The notes beneath the pieces are model-generated. The model had not been told where the DNA came from. It saw nothing but the letters and a program-made list of their open reading frames with translations, and made no database searches. Shown piece after piece: positions 10,081 to 19,306 of a stretch of 64,000 bases of DNA (position 1 is the first letter of the stretch; every line of letters begins with the position of its first letter). The DNA is from Candidatus Levybacteria bacterium CG2_30_37_29 (GTDB lineage: Bacteria; Patescibacteriota; Microgenomatia; Levybacterales; GWA1-39-11). Made by a program: the position numbers and the translations under genes. Location of the stretch: the NCBI GenBank assembly GCA_001873215.1, contig MNYS01000003.1:49455-113454 (forward strand), written 5' to 3'.

Positions 10081-10105
10081 TCCCGTTGTCCAGTAAACGG
10101 GACAA
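10081..10105 (+). repeat. 25-bp hairpin-forming repeat, copy 2
   Basis: Identical to 9602-9626. It lies about 35 nt upstream of the start codon of the minus-strand YerC-like gene. Confidence 0.7.
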
Positions 10106-10490
10106 CATCGATTATTAGAGTATTATAAAAAATCCCGAGGGTTGTTTTTTTGGGGAAAAAGTAATATAATAATATTATAGGCTTTTTTGTATTGCGCTTT
10201 GCATGCAATATTAAAAGAAGCTTTTTTTTTTGCATATTCTATTGAGTAGCAAAATATTGTTCTTTGACAAATTGCGGAAATATTTTGTTTTTCCTAATTA
10301 CGGGGAACACAGTAAGATTAGTTCATTTAGAACTGGTTTTGCTGTGTTTCCTTTGGGGAGGGAAGACAGTCTCTTGTGGTTAATCGGATAAATCCAAAAC
10401 CACAAATACAATTCAATATAAGCAGGAGGTAACAGCTCGAAAAACTATCCTTAACGACCGGAATTCAACCAAGAAAGGTAGTACAGTACA

Positions 10491-11150
10491 GTGTTCAAGA
10501 TGCCCATTCTCATGGGCGCAATCGCTCTGATTGTTGCATTCGGCGTCATCGCCACCATACTGGCTGGTGCGGCAGGCGAGGCGACCACCTCTTCAGATCT
10601 CCCCTACAAGGCGTACGCCGTTGGTCTCGCTAGCGACGAACTGAAGGTCACACCTGCGTCTGCGACGCCTACTGCAACGAGTACCGTCGGAGGCGGGACC
10701 GCGCCGATAAAACCGAACTTCTACCTGCCCGAGCCGCGGACTGGCCCGATTACCGACCTAGAGCAGCGGCTACTGAATGGCATCAACATGGAGCGTGCCA
10801 ACGCCGGCCTCGCGCCCTACGCGCTCGATGCCGGGCTCAGCTGCATCGCCCGTGTGCGCGTCCAGCAGCTGGTCGACCAGAACTATTTCGGCCACACGGA
10901 TCCATTCGGCTATTCTATGTACGCCGAGCTGCTCGCCTACTTCGGCTATGCCAGCTACGTCTGGGCGGGTGAAAACCTGGTTTTAAACAACTACGAAGTG
11001 ACCGAATCGCCCGAGCGCGCGGTGGCCGCTCTGATGCAGAGTCCCACCCACTGGGTGAATATCCTTGATGGGGAATTCGTCCGCATTGGCGTAGGCGAAC
11101 TCACAACGGCGGATGGTCGCCACTTCTACGCCATGATCTTCCTGAGTTGA
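10491..11150 (+). CDS. CAP/SCP (PR-1-like, YkwD-type) domain secreted protein encoded in a high-GC island
   Basis: N-terminal TM or signal MPILMGAIALIVAFGVIATILAG. CAP-domain-like motifs LLNGINMERANAGLAPYALD, YFGHTD, GENL, QSPTHWVNIL. Third codon positions are mostly G/C. The segment is about 60% GC against about 35% for the window. Confidence 0.6.
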   Translation: MFKMPILMGAIALIVAFGVIATILAGAAGEATTSSDLPYKAYAVGLASDELKVTPASATPTATSTVGGGTAPIKPNFYLPEPRTGPITDLEQRLLNGINMERANAGLAPYALDAGLSCIARVRVQQLVDQNYFGHTDPFGYSMYAELLAYFGYASYVWAGENLVLNNYEVTESPERAVAALMQSPTHWVNILDGEFVRIGVGELTTADGRHFYAMIFLS

Positions 11151-11427
11151 CCTGCCTTCCGCGCGGCCCTGCTGGGCAATACCAAGTTTCCTTCGGGAAG
11201 AGTAACTGCGCAAGACATGCAAGCGTTGCACGCTTAATCCTGAGGGATAAATCAATTTCCGCAATCGTGCGGGGTCCAGTGCCTGATCTTCAGACACAAA
11301 ACCCCGCACACCATTCTTAATTAAAACATTCACCTCTAATTTAAAAAGCAACAACTTTACAAAAAACAAATTTTTAACATCCTTTAGTAAATAATAAAAT
11401 AACGCTTTTTCCTATTTATTAAGCCTA

Positions 11428-11456
11428 TTGTCAAAATATATTTCTGGTGTTATAAT
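11428..11456 (+). promoter_or_regulatory. Sigma70-like promoter (TTGTCA, 17 nt, TATAAT)
   Basis: TTGTCA at 11428-11433, 17-nt spacer, TATAAT at 11451-11456. It lies upstream of nusA. Confidence 0.5.
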
Positions 11457-11534
11457 CTCATAATATTCTGCCCCTTATACTCTTATGGAAGATGACGATG
11501 AATTTTGTTTCTAAAAAAAATCTTTTGATTTACC

Positions 11535-11563
11535 TTGACTCGTGCAGTGCCATCTGTTAAAAT
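11535..11563 (+). promoter_or_regulatory. Sigma70-like promoter (TTGACT, 17 nt, TAAAAT)
   Basis: TTGACT at 11535-11540, 17-nt spacer, TAAAAT at 11558-11563, about 65 nt upstream of the nusA start. Confidence 0.45.
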
Positions 11564-11628
11564 AATGGAAAGTTAGGTTTGATTGTGGTGGGAAAATAAC
11601 CCGCCTTTTTTTTACCTACATCAAGTTT

Positions 11629-12747
11629 ATGGCTGTTGTACAAAGAAGCGAATTTACATTAGCGCTCAACCAAATCGCCTCTGAAAGAGGAGTTGACCCG
11701 GAAGTGGTTTTGGATACTATAAAAGGAGCAATACTTGCGGCTTTTAAAAAAGATAATCCTGAAGTTGAATTAGACGAAAGCTATACTGCAGATTTAAATT
11801 CTGTTACCGGAGAAACAAGAATCTTAAAAGATAAAAAAGATATAACTCCTCCCGGTTTTGGAAGAATTGCGGCCCAAACAGCAAAGCAAGTTCTTTTGCA
11901 AAAAATCCGCGAGCGTGAGAAAGACGCGATAATTGAAGAGTATACAAAACGCGTTAATACCGTTGTCAACGGGCACGTTCTTCGGTTTGCAGGCCCAAAT
12001 ATAATTGTTGACATTGGAAAATCCGAAGCCATTATTCCGCCACAGCAAAAAATTCCAAACGAACAGTATTTTCTAAATAAAAAAATGCCTGTTTATATAG
12101 TTGAGATAAATGAGGAAAAAGGACGAGAAATTATTGTTTCAAGATCTCACCCGGGTCTTATCGAAGGGCTTTTAAAAAGAGAAGTTCCGGAAGTTTCCGC
12201 AGGAAATGTTACTGTTAAAAAAATTGTCAGAGAACCCGGAAACCGAGCTAAAATTGCCGTCTATTCCGAAAGCCCCGGTATTGATCCTGTTGGAAGCTGT
12301 GTCGGACAAAAAGGAGTGCGCATTCAAGCAGTTATTGATTCACTTGACGGTCTTGAGAAAATTGATATTATCCAATGGAATGCAGACCCCGTAAAATTTA
12401 TTACAAATAGTCTTTCTCCCGCAAAAAATTTAAACGTAAAAATAAATGAAGAGGAAAAGCTTGCAAGGGTTGAGGCTCCTCAAGAAGAATTGCCGCTTAT
12501 TATTGGAAGAGACGGTCAAAATGTACGTCTTGCATCAAAATTGACAGGATACAATATTGAAGTCGAAGGAGTAGAAATGCCGCATGAATCAGAAGAAGAC
12601 TTGTCGGCGGATGTTTCAGGCTTAGACCAAGCAACTCAGGTAGAACAGCCCGTTGTAGAAGAAAAACCCAAAAAAAAGGCTGCCGCAAAAAAAACAGCTT
12701 CTAAAAAAGCAAAAACGCCTAAAAAAACCGAGAAAGCAAAAGAATAG
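11629..12747 (+). CDS. nusA: Transcription termination/antitermination factor NusA with a Lys/Ala-rich basic C-terminal tail
   Basis: NusA N-terminal domain, S1 and tandem KH domains (GPNIIVDIGK..., GQKGVRIQAV..., LIIGRDGQNVRLASKLTGYNIEV). Tail KKKAAAKKTASKKAKTPKKTEKAKE. Confidence 0.9.
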   Translation: MAVVQRSEFTLALNQIASERGVDPEVVLDTIKGAILAAFKKDNPEVELDESYTADLNSVTGETRILKDKKDITPPGFGRIAAQTAKQVLLQKIREREKDAIIEEYTKRVNTVVNGHVLRFAGPNIIVDIGKSEAIIPPQQKIPNEQYFLNKKMPVYIVEINEEKGREIIVSRSHPGLIEGLLKREVPEVSAGNVTVKKIVREPGNRAKIAVYSESPGIDPVGSCVGQKGVRIQAVIDSLDGLEKIDIIQWNADPVKFITNSLSPAKNLNVKINEEEKLARVEAPQEELPLIIGRDGQNVRLASKLTGYNIEVEGVEMPHESEEDLSADVSGLDQATQVEQPVVEEKPKKKAAAKKTASKKAKTPKKTEKAKE

Positions 12748-12773
12748 GCTATGGAAAGGCGCAAACAAACAAT

Positions 12774-14246
12774 ATGGAAACAAAAAAAGAACAAAAAACA
12801 GTCTCTTTCCCCCCGATTGTTTCGGTTTTAGGCCACGTTGACCACGGAAAAACAAGTCTTTTAGATGCAATCCGCAAAAGTTCTCATGCGGCAAGCGAAA
12901 AAGGAGGAATTACCCAAAGAATAGGCGCTTCTGAGATTGAAATTCTACACGAGGGAAATACACGAAGAATTACTTTTATTGATACTCCCGGACACGAAGC
13001 TTTTGCCAACATGCGCTCTCAAGGAGTGAGTGCTGCAGACATCGTTCTTTTGGTTGTTGCAGCAGACGACGGTATTATGCCGCAAACTCAAGAATCAATT
13101 GAAAAAATACGCGAGTCAGGACTTCCTTTTATTGTTGTTATAACAAAGACTGACGTGCCGGGCGCGCAAATTGAAAAAGTAAAACAGTCTCTTGTGAAAG
13201 CTGAAATTATGCTTGAAGGACTTGGAGGGGATGCTCCGTACATCGGGGTAAGTAGCAAAACCGGTGAAAACATAGAAGCGCTTTTGGATCTGATTGTTTT
13301 GGTTTATGATATGTCGGGAAATAAAAAAAGCGAAAACGATTCATTTTTGGGCGTTATTATAGATTCAAAACTTGACAAGAGAAGAGGTGTTATAAGTTCT
13401 CTTGTTGTAAAAGGGGGAAAATTAGAGGTTGGTCAAAGCGTTTTTAAAATTGGAAAAAGCGCCGGAAAAGTAAAGGCGCTTGTGAATGCAAACGGAAAAA
13501 ATATATCGTTTGTTTTGCCGGGGGATGCGTGCGAAATTTTGGGTCTTTCTGAGATACTTCCCGCAGGAAGCCTTCTTTATACGCAAGAAATGCAAGATTT
13601 ACCTGCAAAAGTAGAAGAATCAATTATTCCAAAGCCGCCTCAAACTCTTGCTAATTTTTTCAATGAAACCGATTCTGACGTTGTTCCTGTTGTTCTAAAA
13701 ACAGATACTAATGCGGAAATTGAAGCGATAAAGGCATCTCTTCCAAAAAGAGTGAAAGTAGTTTTTGAAGGACAGGGAGAAATCGGCGCGTCGGATATTT
13801 TACTTGCAAAAGATTTTAAAGCTCTTGTTTTGGGTTTTAATGTAAATATTTCAAAAGAAGCAAAACAACTCGCTGACGCGGATAAAGTTTTTTACAAAAC
13901 TTATACGATTATTTACGAACTTCTTGATGAAATTGAGGTACTGGCCAGGGTTGTTGGAGAAGAAGGACTTGAAAAAATAATCGGAAAAGGAAAAATTGTG
14001 GCAAGTTTTTCCGGAACAACGGGGGAAATTCTGGGTGTAAAAGTTGAAGAAGGACGTCTTGCCCGCGGTGACCGCATAAAAATTATGAGAAAAGAGCAGG
14101 AAATAGGACGTTCCCAAATTGTTTCATTAAAAAAAGGCAAGGAAGACATGAAGGTCGCTGAAAAAAATACGGAGTGCGGAATTATGATTTCCCCCAAAGT
14201 TGACTTCGCGGTATCAGATATGGTATTATCCATTAATTCAAAATAA
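12774..14246 (+). CDS. infB: Translation initiation factor IF-2, a minimal form with the G domain at the N-terminus
   Basis: G1 motif GHVDHGKTSLLD begins at residue 20, followed by DTPGHEAF and TKTD. Domain II-IV-like C-terminus. Only 490 aa. Confidence 0.9.
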   Translation: METKKEQKTVSFPPIVSVLGHVDHGKTSLLDAIRKSSHAASEKGGITQRIGASEIEILHEGNTRRITFIDTPGHEAFANMRSQGVSAADIVLLVVAADDGIMPQTQESIEKIRESGLPFIVVITKTDVPGAQIEKVKQSLVKAEIMLEGLGGDAPYIGVSSKTGENIEALLDLIVLVYDMSGNKKSENDSFLGVIIDSKLDKRRGVISSLVVKGGKLEVGQSVFKIGKSAGKVKALVNANGKNISFVLPGDACEILGLSEILPAGSLLYTQEMQDLPAKVEESIIPKPPQTLANFFNETDSDVVPVVLKTDTNAEIEAIKASLPKRVKVVFEGQGEIGASDILLAKDFKALVLGFNVNISKEAKQLADADKVFYKTYTIIYELLDEIEVLARVVGEEGLEKIIGKGKIVASFSGTTGEILGVKVEEGRLARGDRIKIMRKEQEIGRSQIVSLKKGKEDMKVAEKNTECGIMISPKVDFAVSDMVLSINSK

Positions 14247-14330
14247 CAAGCTCATAGTGTAGTATGAGCAAGCTATAAAATGCATTTTTTAATCGTTTAT
14301 AGTTTTATAAGTTTAGGCAAAAAATAAATT

Positions 14331-15386
14331 ATGAATCCAATTATTCAAAAAGCATTCGAAAGTTTAACAAGCGAGTTGCTTTCAAGCCAAACGGTTGGGA
14401 TAGTTGTTGGGGAAAACGCAACAATTGATAAAATGGCGGCAGGCCTGTCTCTCTATTTGTCCCTTTCTGCAGGCGGAAAAAATGTTCAAATCATTTCCAA
14501 AAGTAATCCTACTGTAGAGGTTTCAAATCTGGTAGGAATAGACAGGGTTGGAAAAAACTTTGAGGGGAATACAAAAATTTTGACAATTTCTGTTCCTTAC
14601 CGTGAAGGAGAAATTGAAAAAGTTTCATACAATATTGAAAAAGACAAATTAAATGTAAATTTGTTTGCCGAAGAAAACGGAATTAGTTTTTCGGAGCGAG
14701 ACGTTGAATTTATAGGGAAAGGGTCTACGCCTTCTTTGGTAATAGCACTTGGAATTCCATCGGCTGAAAAATTGCAAGAAGTATCCGGACCGGAGGTAAA
14801 AATTGTAAATATTGATACTTCCCTGTCAAATACTCAATTTGGGGATATAGTTCTTGTTGACTCTTCATTTTCTTCATTTTCAGAAATCGTTTCAGAAATT
14901 ATTAAGTCTCTTGGTCTTCCGATGGATCAGGATATTGCACAAAATTTACTTGACGGAATAACGTATGCGACAAATAATTTTACGAGTCCTTCAACTTCTG
15001 CGTATGCATTTGGGGCGGCAGGAATTTTACTTATGAATGGCGCCAAGCGCACAATTAATGCTCCAAAAATAAATGCGGCTTCATTCCCTCAGCCAACTCA
15101 ACTTTTGGGAAACCAAAATAGAGGACAAATGCGCCAAAATAATCAGCAACGCACAGGACAAATGATGCAAAACAACAGAAATAATAATCAGAATAGAGGA
15201 GGTTTTCAAAAAAATGACACAAGAAGACTTGAAGAAATGGTTCAAAAAATGAAGTCACAAGAAGAGATGCAAAAACCAAAAATAGAACAAAGTCCAATTG
15301 AAAATGTTGAGCGCGAAGCTTCAAGCGATGTACCGGATGATTGGTTCCTTCCGAAAGTCTTCAAAGGAGCAAAAAAGAACAACTAG
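14331..15386 (+). CDS. DHH/DHHA1-family (NrnA-like) protein with degenerate catalytic motifs and a Q/N-rich C-terminal tail
   Basis: Aligns with NrnA motif regions, but DHH is replaced by DTS (VNIDTSLSNTQFGDIVLVDSSFSSFSEIV resembles IDHHPSN...GDINLVDPSASSTSELV). The first Asp motif is also altered. Tail QNRGQMRQNNQQRTGQMMQNNRNNNQNRGG. Confidence 0.45.
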   Translation: MNPIIQKAFESLTSELLSSQTVGIVVGENATIDKMAAGLSLYLSLSAGGKNVQIISKSNPTVEVSNLVGIDRVGKNFEGNTKILTISVPYREGEIEKVSYNIEKDKLNVNLFAEENGISFSERDVEFIGKGSTPSLVIALGIPSAEKLQEVSGPEVKIVNIDTSLSNTQFGDIVLVDSSFSSFSEIVSEIIKSLGLPMDQDIAQNLLDGITYATNNFTSPSTSAYAFGAAGILLMNGAKRTINAPKINAASFPQPTQLLGNQNRGQMRQNNQQRTGQMMQNNRNNNQNRGGFQKNDTRRLEEMVQKMKSQEEMQKPKIEQSPIENVEREASSDVPDDWFLPKVFKGAKKNN

Positions 15387-15444
15387 TGTCTAGTAAAGTT
15401 TCTCCGGTTGAAAAATAGCTACAAGTTTGATAAAATACCTATCT

Positions 15445-15711
15445 ATGCCGTTGACAACAGACGAAAAGAAAAAAATTATTGAAAGCAACGCCACGGTTGG
15501 CGGCGATACAGGTAGTCCTGAAGTGCAAATTGCGCTTCTTACACATAAGATACAAAAATTGACAGAACATTTAAAAATTCACCAGAAAGATTCACATTCA
15601 AGACGGGGACTTTTAAATATGATTTCAAAAAGAAGAAGGCTATTTAACTTTTTGGTTAAAATGGATAAATCCCGAGGAGAAACAGTAGGAAATAAAGTAG
15701 GACTGGCTTAA
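15445..15711 (+). CDS. rpsO: 30S ribosomal protein S15
   Basis: S15 hallmarks GDTGSPEVQIALLTHKIQKLTEHLKIHQKDSHSRRGLL. The ATG at 15445 gives 88 aa. The upstream TTG at 15427 is unlikely. Confidence 0.9.
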   Translation: MPLTTDEKKKIIESNATVGGDTGSPEVQIALLTHKIQKLTEHLKIHQKDSHSRRGLLNMISKRRRLFNFLVKMDKSRGETVGNKVGLA

Positions 15712-15797
15712 AAACTAAAACTACTCCAATTGTTACCAAATCTTCTTGTTATAATATTGTTTATTGTAAAAAGAACGAAAAGGAAATAAAAAAATAA

Positions 15798-18137
15798 ATG
15801 AAACAATCTTCAAAAACAGTTGATATAGGCGGTACAACGCTTACTCTTGAAACAGGAGTTCTTGCAGGACAAGCAACGGCGGCAGTAACAGGACGCATGG
15901 GTGATACCATGGTTATTACAACCGTTGTAATGGGTGCCCAAGAGACAACCCTTGATTATTTTCCGCTTAGCGTTGAGTATGTTGAGCGACTCTATGCAGG
16001 AGGAAGAATAAAAGGAAGCCGTTGGGTAAAGCGTGAAGGAAGACCGTCGGACGACGCCGTTCTTACAGCCCGCCTCATTGATCGTTCTATAAGACCTCTT
16101 TTTCCAAAAGAACTTAAAAAAGATATTCAAGTTGTTATAACTGTTCTTTCAGTTGACGGCGAAAACGCTCCTGATATTTTGGCGGCAATAACGACTTCTG
16201 CTGCGCTTGCAATTTCAAAAATCCCATGGAACGGTCCTATCGGTACGACGCGAGTTGGTTTTCTAAAACAAAACGGTGACGAAGGAGAATTAGTTGTAAA
16301 TCCGCGCTCAAGCGAAGAGGATTTTCTCCAATTGGATTTGGTTGTTTCTTCAAAAGAAAACCGCGCGATTATGATTGAAGCAGGCGCAAAACAAATTCCT
16401 GAAGAAATAGTTGATAAAGGAGTAAAGCTTGCAAAAGAAGTAAATGAAAAAATAATTAAAGCAATTGAAGAATGGGTAGTTGAATTGGGTGAAAAGAAAG
16501 AAAAAGTTGTAAAAGATGAAAAAATGGAAGAAGCAATAACTCTTGTTGAAAAGTCTTATAAAGATAAGATGAATGAGCTTATTGAAAAAGGAGTAAATAG
16601 AGAAGTCGGAGGAGAACTACAACGCATTACAAACGCAATTTATGAACTGGAAAAAGACAAAATCGGAGACGAATTAAGTCTTCCTTTGCAGGATAAGAAA
16701 AAAGTTGCATTTGCAGTTGACTACGTTTTCAAAAAGACAGTCCGTGAACAGATTATGACTCATCAGAAGCGTCCGGATGGAAGAAAAATTGATCAAATTC
16801 GTCCTATTTCCGCACAAGTTGGAGTTTTACCTCGCACACACGGTTCTGCAATTTTTACAAGAGGAGAGACACAAAGTCTTACTGTTGCAACGCTTGGGCC
16901 CTCATCTTTGGAACAGCTTATTGAAGGACCGGAAGGTGAAGAAACAAAACGCTATATGCATCATTATTCATTTCCTCCTTACTCTGTAGGTGAGACAGGA
17001 AGAATGATGTCACCAAACAGACGCGAAATAGGACATGGAGCACTTGCCGAGCGCGCGCTTGACGCTGTTATTCCTCCGGCAACCCAATTTCCTTACGCAA
17101 TCCGGGTCGTGTCAGAAATTATGTCTTCAAACGGTTCTACGTCCCAAGCGGCAGTTTGCGGCTCTACTTTATCTCTTATGGATGCGGGAGTTCCGCTTAC
17201 GGCTCCGGTTGCAGGAATCGCAATTGGACTTATGACCCGTTCGGTAAGCTCAGGGCAGGCAAGTTCGGAGAAGATAAAAAATGATTACGTTATCCTAACA
17301 GATATAATTGGATTGGAAGATTTTGCGGGAGATATGGATTTTAAAGTTGCGGGTACAGAACAGGGAATCACCGCAATTCAGTTGGACGTAAAAATTATGG
17401 GATTAACCGATGAAATTGTTACGGAAACTCTTGCCCGCGCAAGAAAAGCGCGTCTTGAGGTTTTGGAAAAAATGCTTGCTATAATTCCTGCGTCACGAAA
17501 AGATGTTTCAAAATATGCGCCAAAAATAAAGACAGTCAAAATTAATCCTGAAAAAATCGGTGAGGTTATAGGAAGCGGTGGAAAAACAATACGTAATATT
17601 TCTGCAACAACGGGTGCAACAGTTGATGTAGCAGAAGACGGAACAGTGAGTATTTCGGCAGTAGATGAAGAAGCGGTTGAAAAAGCTGTTAATTGGGTTG
17701 ATTTGATAACCCGGGAATTGCAAAAAGGAGAGGTTTTTGACGGTATTGTAAAACGAATTGTTTCTTTCGGAGCTTTTGTTGAAATAGTTCCCGGAAAAGA
17801 AGGACTTGTTCATGTAAGTGAAATGTCAACAGAATATGTAAAAGATCCAAATGACGTTGTGAAATTGGGCCAAGCGGTAAAAGTAAATGTACGCGAAGTT
17901 GATGAACACGGAAGAATAAATCTTTCTATGATTTTTGGCGATAGACCTGAAAGACCAGCGCGTCCTGAAGGACAGATTGGTGAAGATAGACCGCCAAGAA
18001 GAGATTTTGCTCGCGACGATAGACCAAGAAGAACATTTACTCCAAGACCCGGCGGAACAAGAAGTTATACAAGACGAGATGAAAGAGGCGGAAGAGCTCC
18101 GTTTGACAACCAGCGCCCCCGCGGCCCACGAAGATAA
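15798..18137 (+). CDS. pnp: Polynucleotide phosphorylase (PNPase) with an Arg/Pro-rich C-terminal tail
   Basis: N-terminus TLETGVLAGQATAAV, two RNase PH domains, KH (GEVIGSGGKTIRNI) and S1 (GEVFDGIVKRIVSFGAFVEI). Tail RPERPARPEG...RPPRRDFARDDRPRR...RPRGPRR. Confidence 0.95.
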   Translation: MKQSSKTVDIGGTTLTLETGVLAGQATAAVTGRMGDTMVITTVVMGAQETTLDYFPLSVEYVERLYAGGRIKGSRWVKREGRPSDDAVLTARLIDRSIRPLFPKELKKDIQVVITVLSVDGENAPDILAAITTSAALAISKIPWNGPIGTTRVGFLKQNGDEGELVVNPRSSEEDFLQLDLVVSSKENRAIMIEAGAKQIPEEIVDKGVKLAKEVNEKIIKAIEEWVVELGEKKEKVVKDEKMEEAITLVEKSYKDKMNELIEKGVNREVGGELQRITNAIYELEKDKIGDELSLPLQDKKKVAFAVDYVFKKTVREQIMTHQKRPDGRKIDQIRPISAQVGVLPRTHGSAIFTRGETQSLTVATLGPSSLEQLIEGPEGEETKRYMHHYSFPPYSVGETGRMMSPNRREIGHGALAERALDAVIPPATQFPYAIRVVSEIMSSNGSTSQAAVCGSTLSLMDAGVPLTAPVAGIAIGLMTRSVSSGQASSEKIKNDYVILTDIIGLEDFAGDMDFKVAGTEQGITAIQLDVKIMGLTDEIVTETLARARKARLEVLEKMLAIIPASRKDVSKYAPKIKTVKINPEKIGEVIGSGGKTIRNISATTGATVDVAEDGTVSISAVDEEAVEKAVNWVDLITRELQKGEVFDGIVKRIVSFGAFVEIVPGKEGLVHVSEMSTEYVKDPNDVVKLGQAVKVNVREVDEHGRINLSMIFGDRPERPARPEGQIGEDRPPRRDFARDDRPRRTFTPRPGGTRSYTRRDERGGRAPFDNQRPRGPRR

Positions 18138-18143
18138 AAACCT

Positions 18144-18812
18144 ATGACAGAGCTAGGAGAAAATGTTTTAAACCACGAGAAACCTCAAAAATATTCATTT
18201 GACGCAGTTATTGTTCTTGGTGCATTTATGCACAAGAATGAAAAAACAGGAAAATGGGAACTTCCAACAATTATAGAAGAAGATCCGGGGAAAGTTGTGG
18301 GAGGACATAGCCGGGCGATTGCTGTTCAGCAAATGCTTAATGAAGGTTTAACACCAAAATTTATTGTTACGGGTGGGGTGCAAAAGGATGAAGCTGATGG
18401 TGTTTCCCGCGCAGAGACATTAAAAGAATTAATTACGAAAAAATATAAAGTGCCTGAAGATAATGTTGTTGCTATTACAACTGTGGGAAATACTTTAGGG
18501 AATCTTGACGATACTGTTAAATATTTTAAAGAACATCCTGAAATTTTAAAATTAAAAAGAGTTGCGGTTTTATCAAATGAATTGCATCTTAAAAGGGCGA
18601 TGATGATGTTTTCCGATAATGCGTATTTTAGGGAAAACGATATTGAAATTACCCCGATTGCCGCGGAAGACTTATTAATTAGAAGGTCAAAACATTATAA
18701 AAAATGGACTGAAGATGTTAATTCTCATCCTGGAATGGAAGTAAGAAAAAGAATGGAGAAACAAGGCAGAGAAGATTATAGAAAAGGAACATACAACCCC
18801 CTAAGTTCATAA
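18144..18812 (+). CDS. DUF218/YdcF-like (SanA/ElyC family) protein
   Basis: VIVLGAFMH...FIVTGGV...EDNVVAITTVGNTLGNLDDTV...LSNELHLKRA matches the DUF218 pattern (LG...sGG...NT.eN...vTs.fHm.Ra). Confidence 0.55.
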   Translation: MTELGENVLNHEKPQKYSFDAVIVLGAFMHKNEKTGKWELPTIIEEDPGKVVGGHSRAIAVQQMLNEGLTPKFIVTGGVQKDEADGVSRAETLKELITKKYKVPEDNVVAITTVGNTLGNLDDTVKYFKEHPEILKLKRVAVLSNELHLKRAMMMFSDNAYFRENDIEITPIAAEDLLIRRSKHYKKWTEDVNSHPGMEVRKRMEKQGREDYRKGTYNPLSS

Positions 18813-18816
18813 AAGC

Positions 18817-19251
18817 ATGAAATATCAATACTGTATTGTTTCAAGATGGAGAAACCGGAAACAAGTTGAAGAGTTGACTCAACAAATCCGGAAAAAAAAC
18901 AAAACTGTTTATAGTTTTATTGAGGGAGACGGTGCAAATTACGCGCTGAAAGATTCGGAACAAAAATACGAGCCTGAAGAGTTTATGAAAAAATACGAGA
19001 GTATCCCCGATTGGAAAAATGACCCCCGAGTTAGCGAAATATTTAAAATAGATATGGATGCTTTGAAAAATTCAGAAAATGTAATACTTCTTTTGCCGGC
19101 GGGTAAATCGGCTCATATCGAAGCAGGAGCTGCATATGGATTGGGCAAGAAGTGCATTGTAATAGGGGAGCAAAAAGAAACAGAAAGCCTTTATTTAATT
19201 TTTGACGAATTTTATACCACAAGTGATGACTTCATACAAAGTTTAAACTAA
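18817..19251 (+). CDS. Hypothetical protein, possibly with a nucleoside 2-deoxyribosyltransferase-like fold
   Basis: VILLLPAGKSAHIEAGAAYGLGKKCIVI resembles the NDT-family motif (..G...E.GyA.algKpvi). Weak. Confidence 0.3.
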   Translation: MKYQYCIVSRWRNRKQVEELTQQIRKKNKTVYSFIEGDGANYALKDSEQKYEPEEFMKKYESIPDWKNDPRVSEIFKIDMDALKNSENVILLLPAGKSAHIEAGAAYGLGKKCIVIGEQKETESLYLIFDEFYTTSDDFIQSLN

Positions 19252-19306
19252 AAATATTAAATAGACAATATTGTTCGATCACAAAATTTAGTGCTATACT
19301 AATCTC

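Noticed and set aside
10131-10160. TCCCGAGGG followed by GTTGTTTTTTT, a possible terminator
   Set aside because: The stem is only 3 bp, and it lies upstream (5') of the minus-strand YerC-like gene rather than at a gene end on the plus strand. It is probably just a T-rich spacer.
10777-11369. ORFs 10777-10986 (+) and 10983-11369 (-) within or overlapping the high-GC CAP gene
   Set aside because: Long spurious ORFs are expected in alternative frames of GC-rich DNA. They have Arg/Ala/Ser/Pro-rich translations with no motifs.
14250-14288. Hairpin GCTCATAGTGTAGTATGAGC after infB, a possible terminator
   Set aside because: The T-run is short and displaced about 14 nt from the stem. Transcription may well read through into the DHH-like gene, so it is not called.
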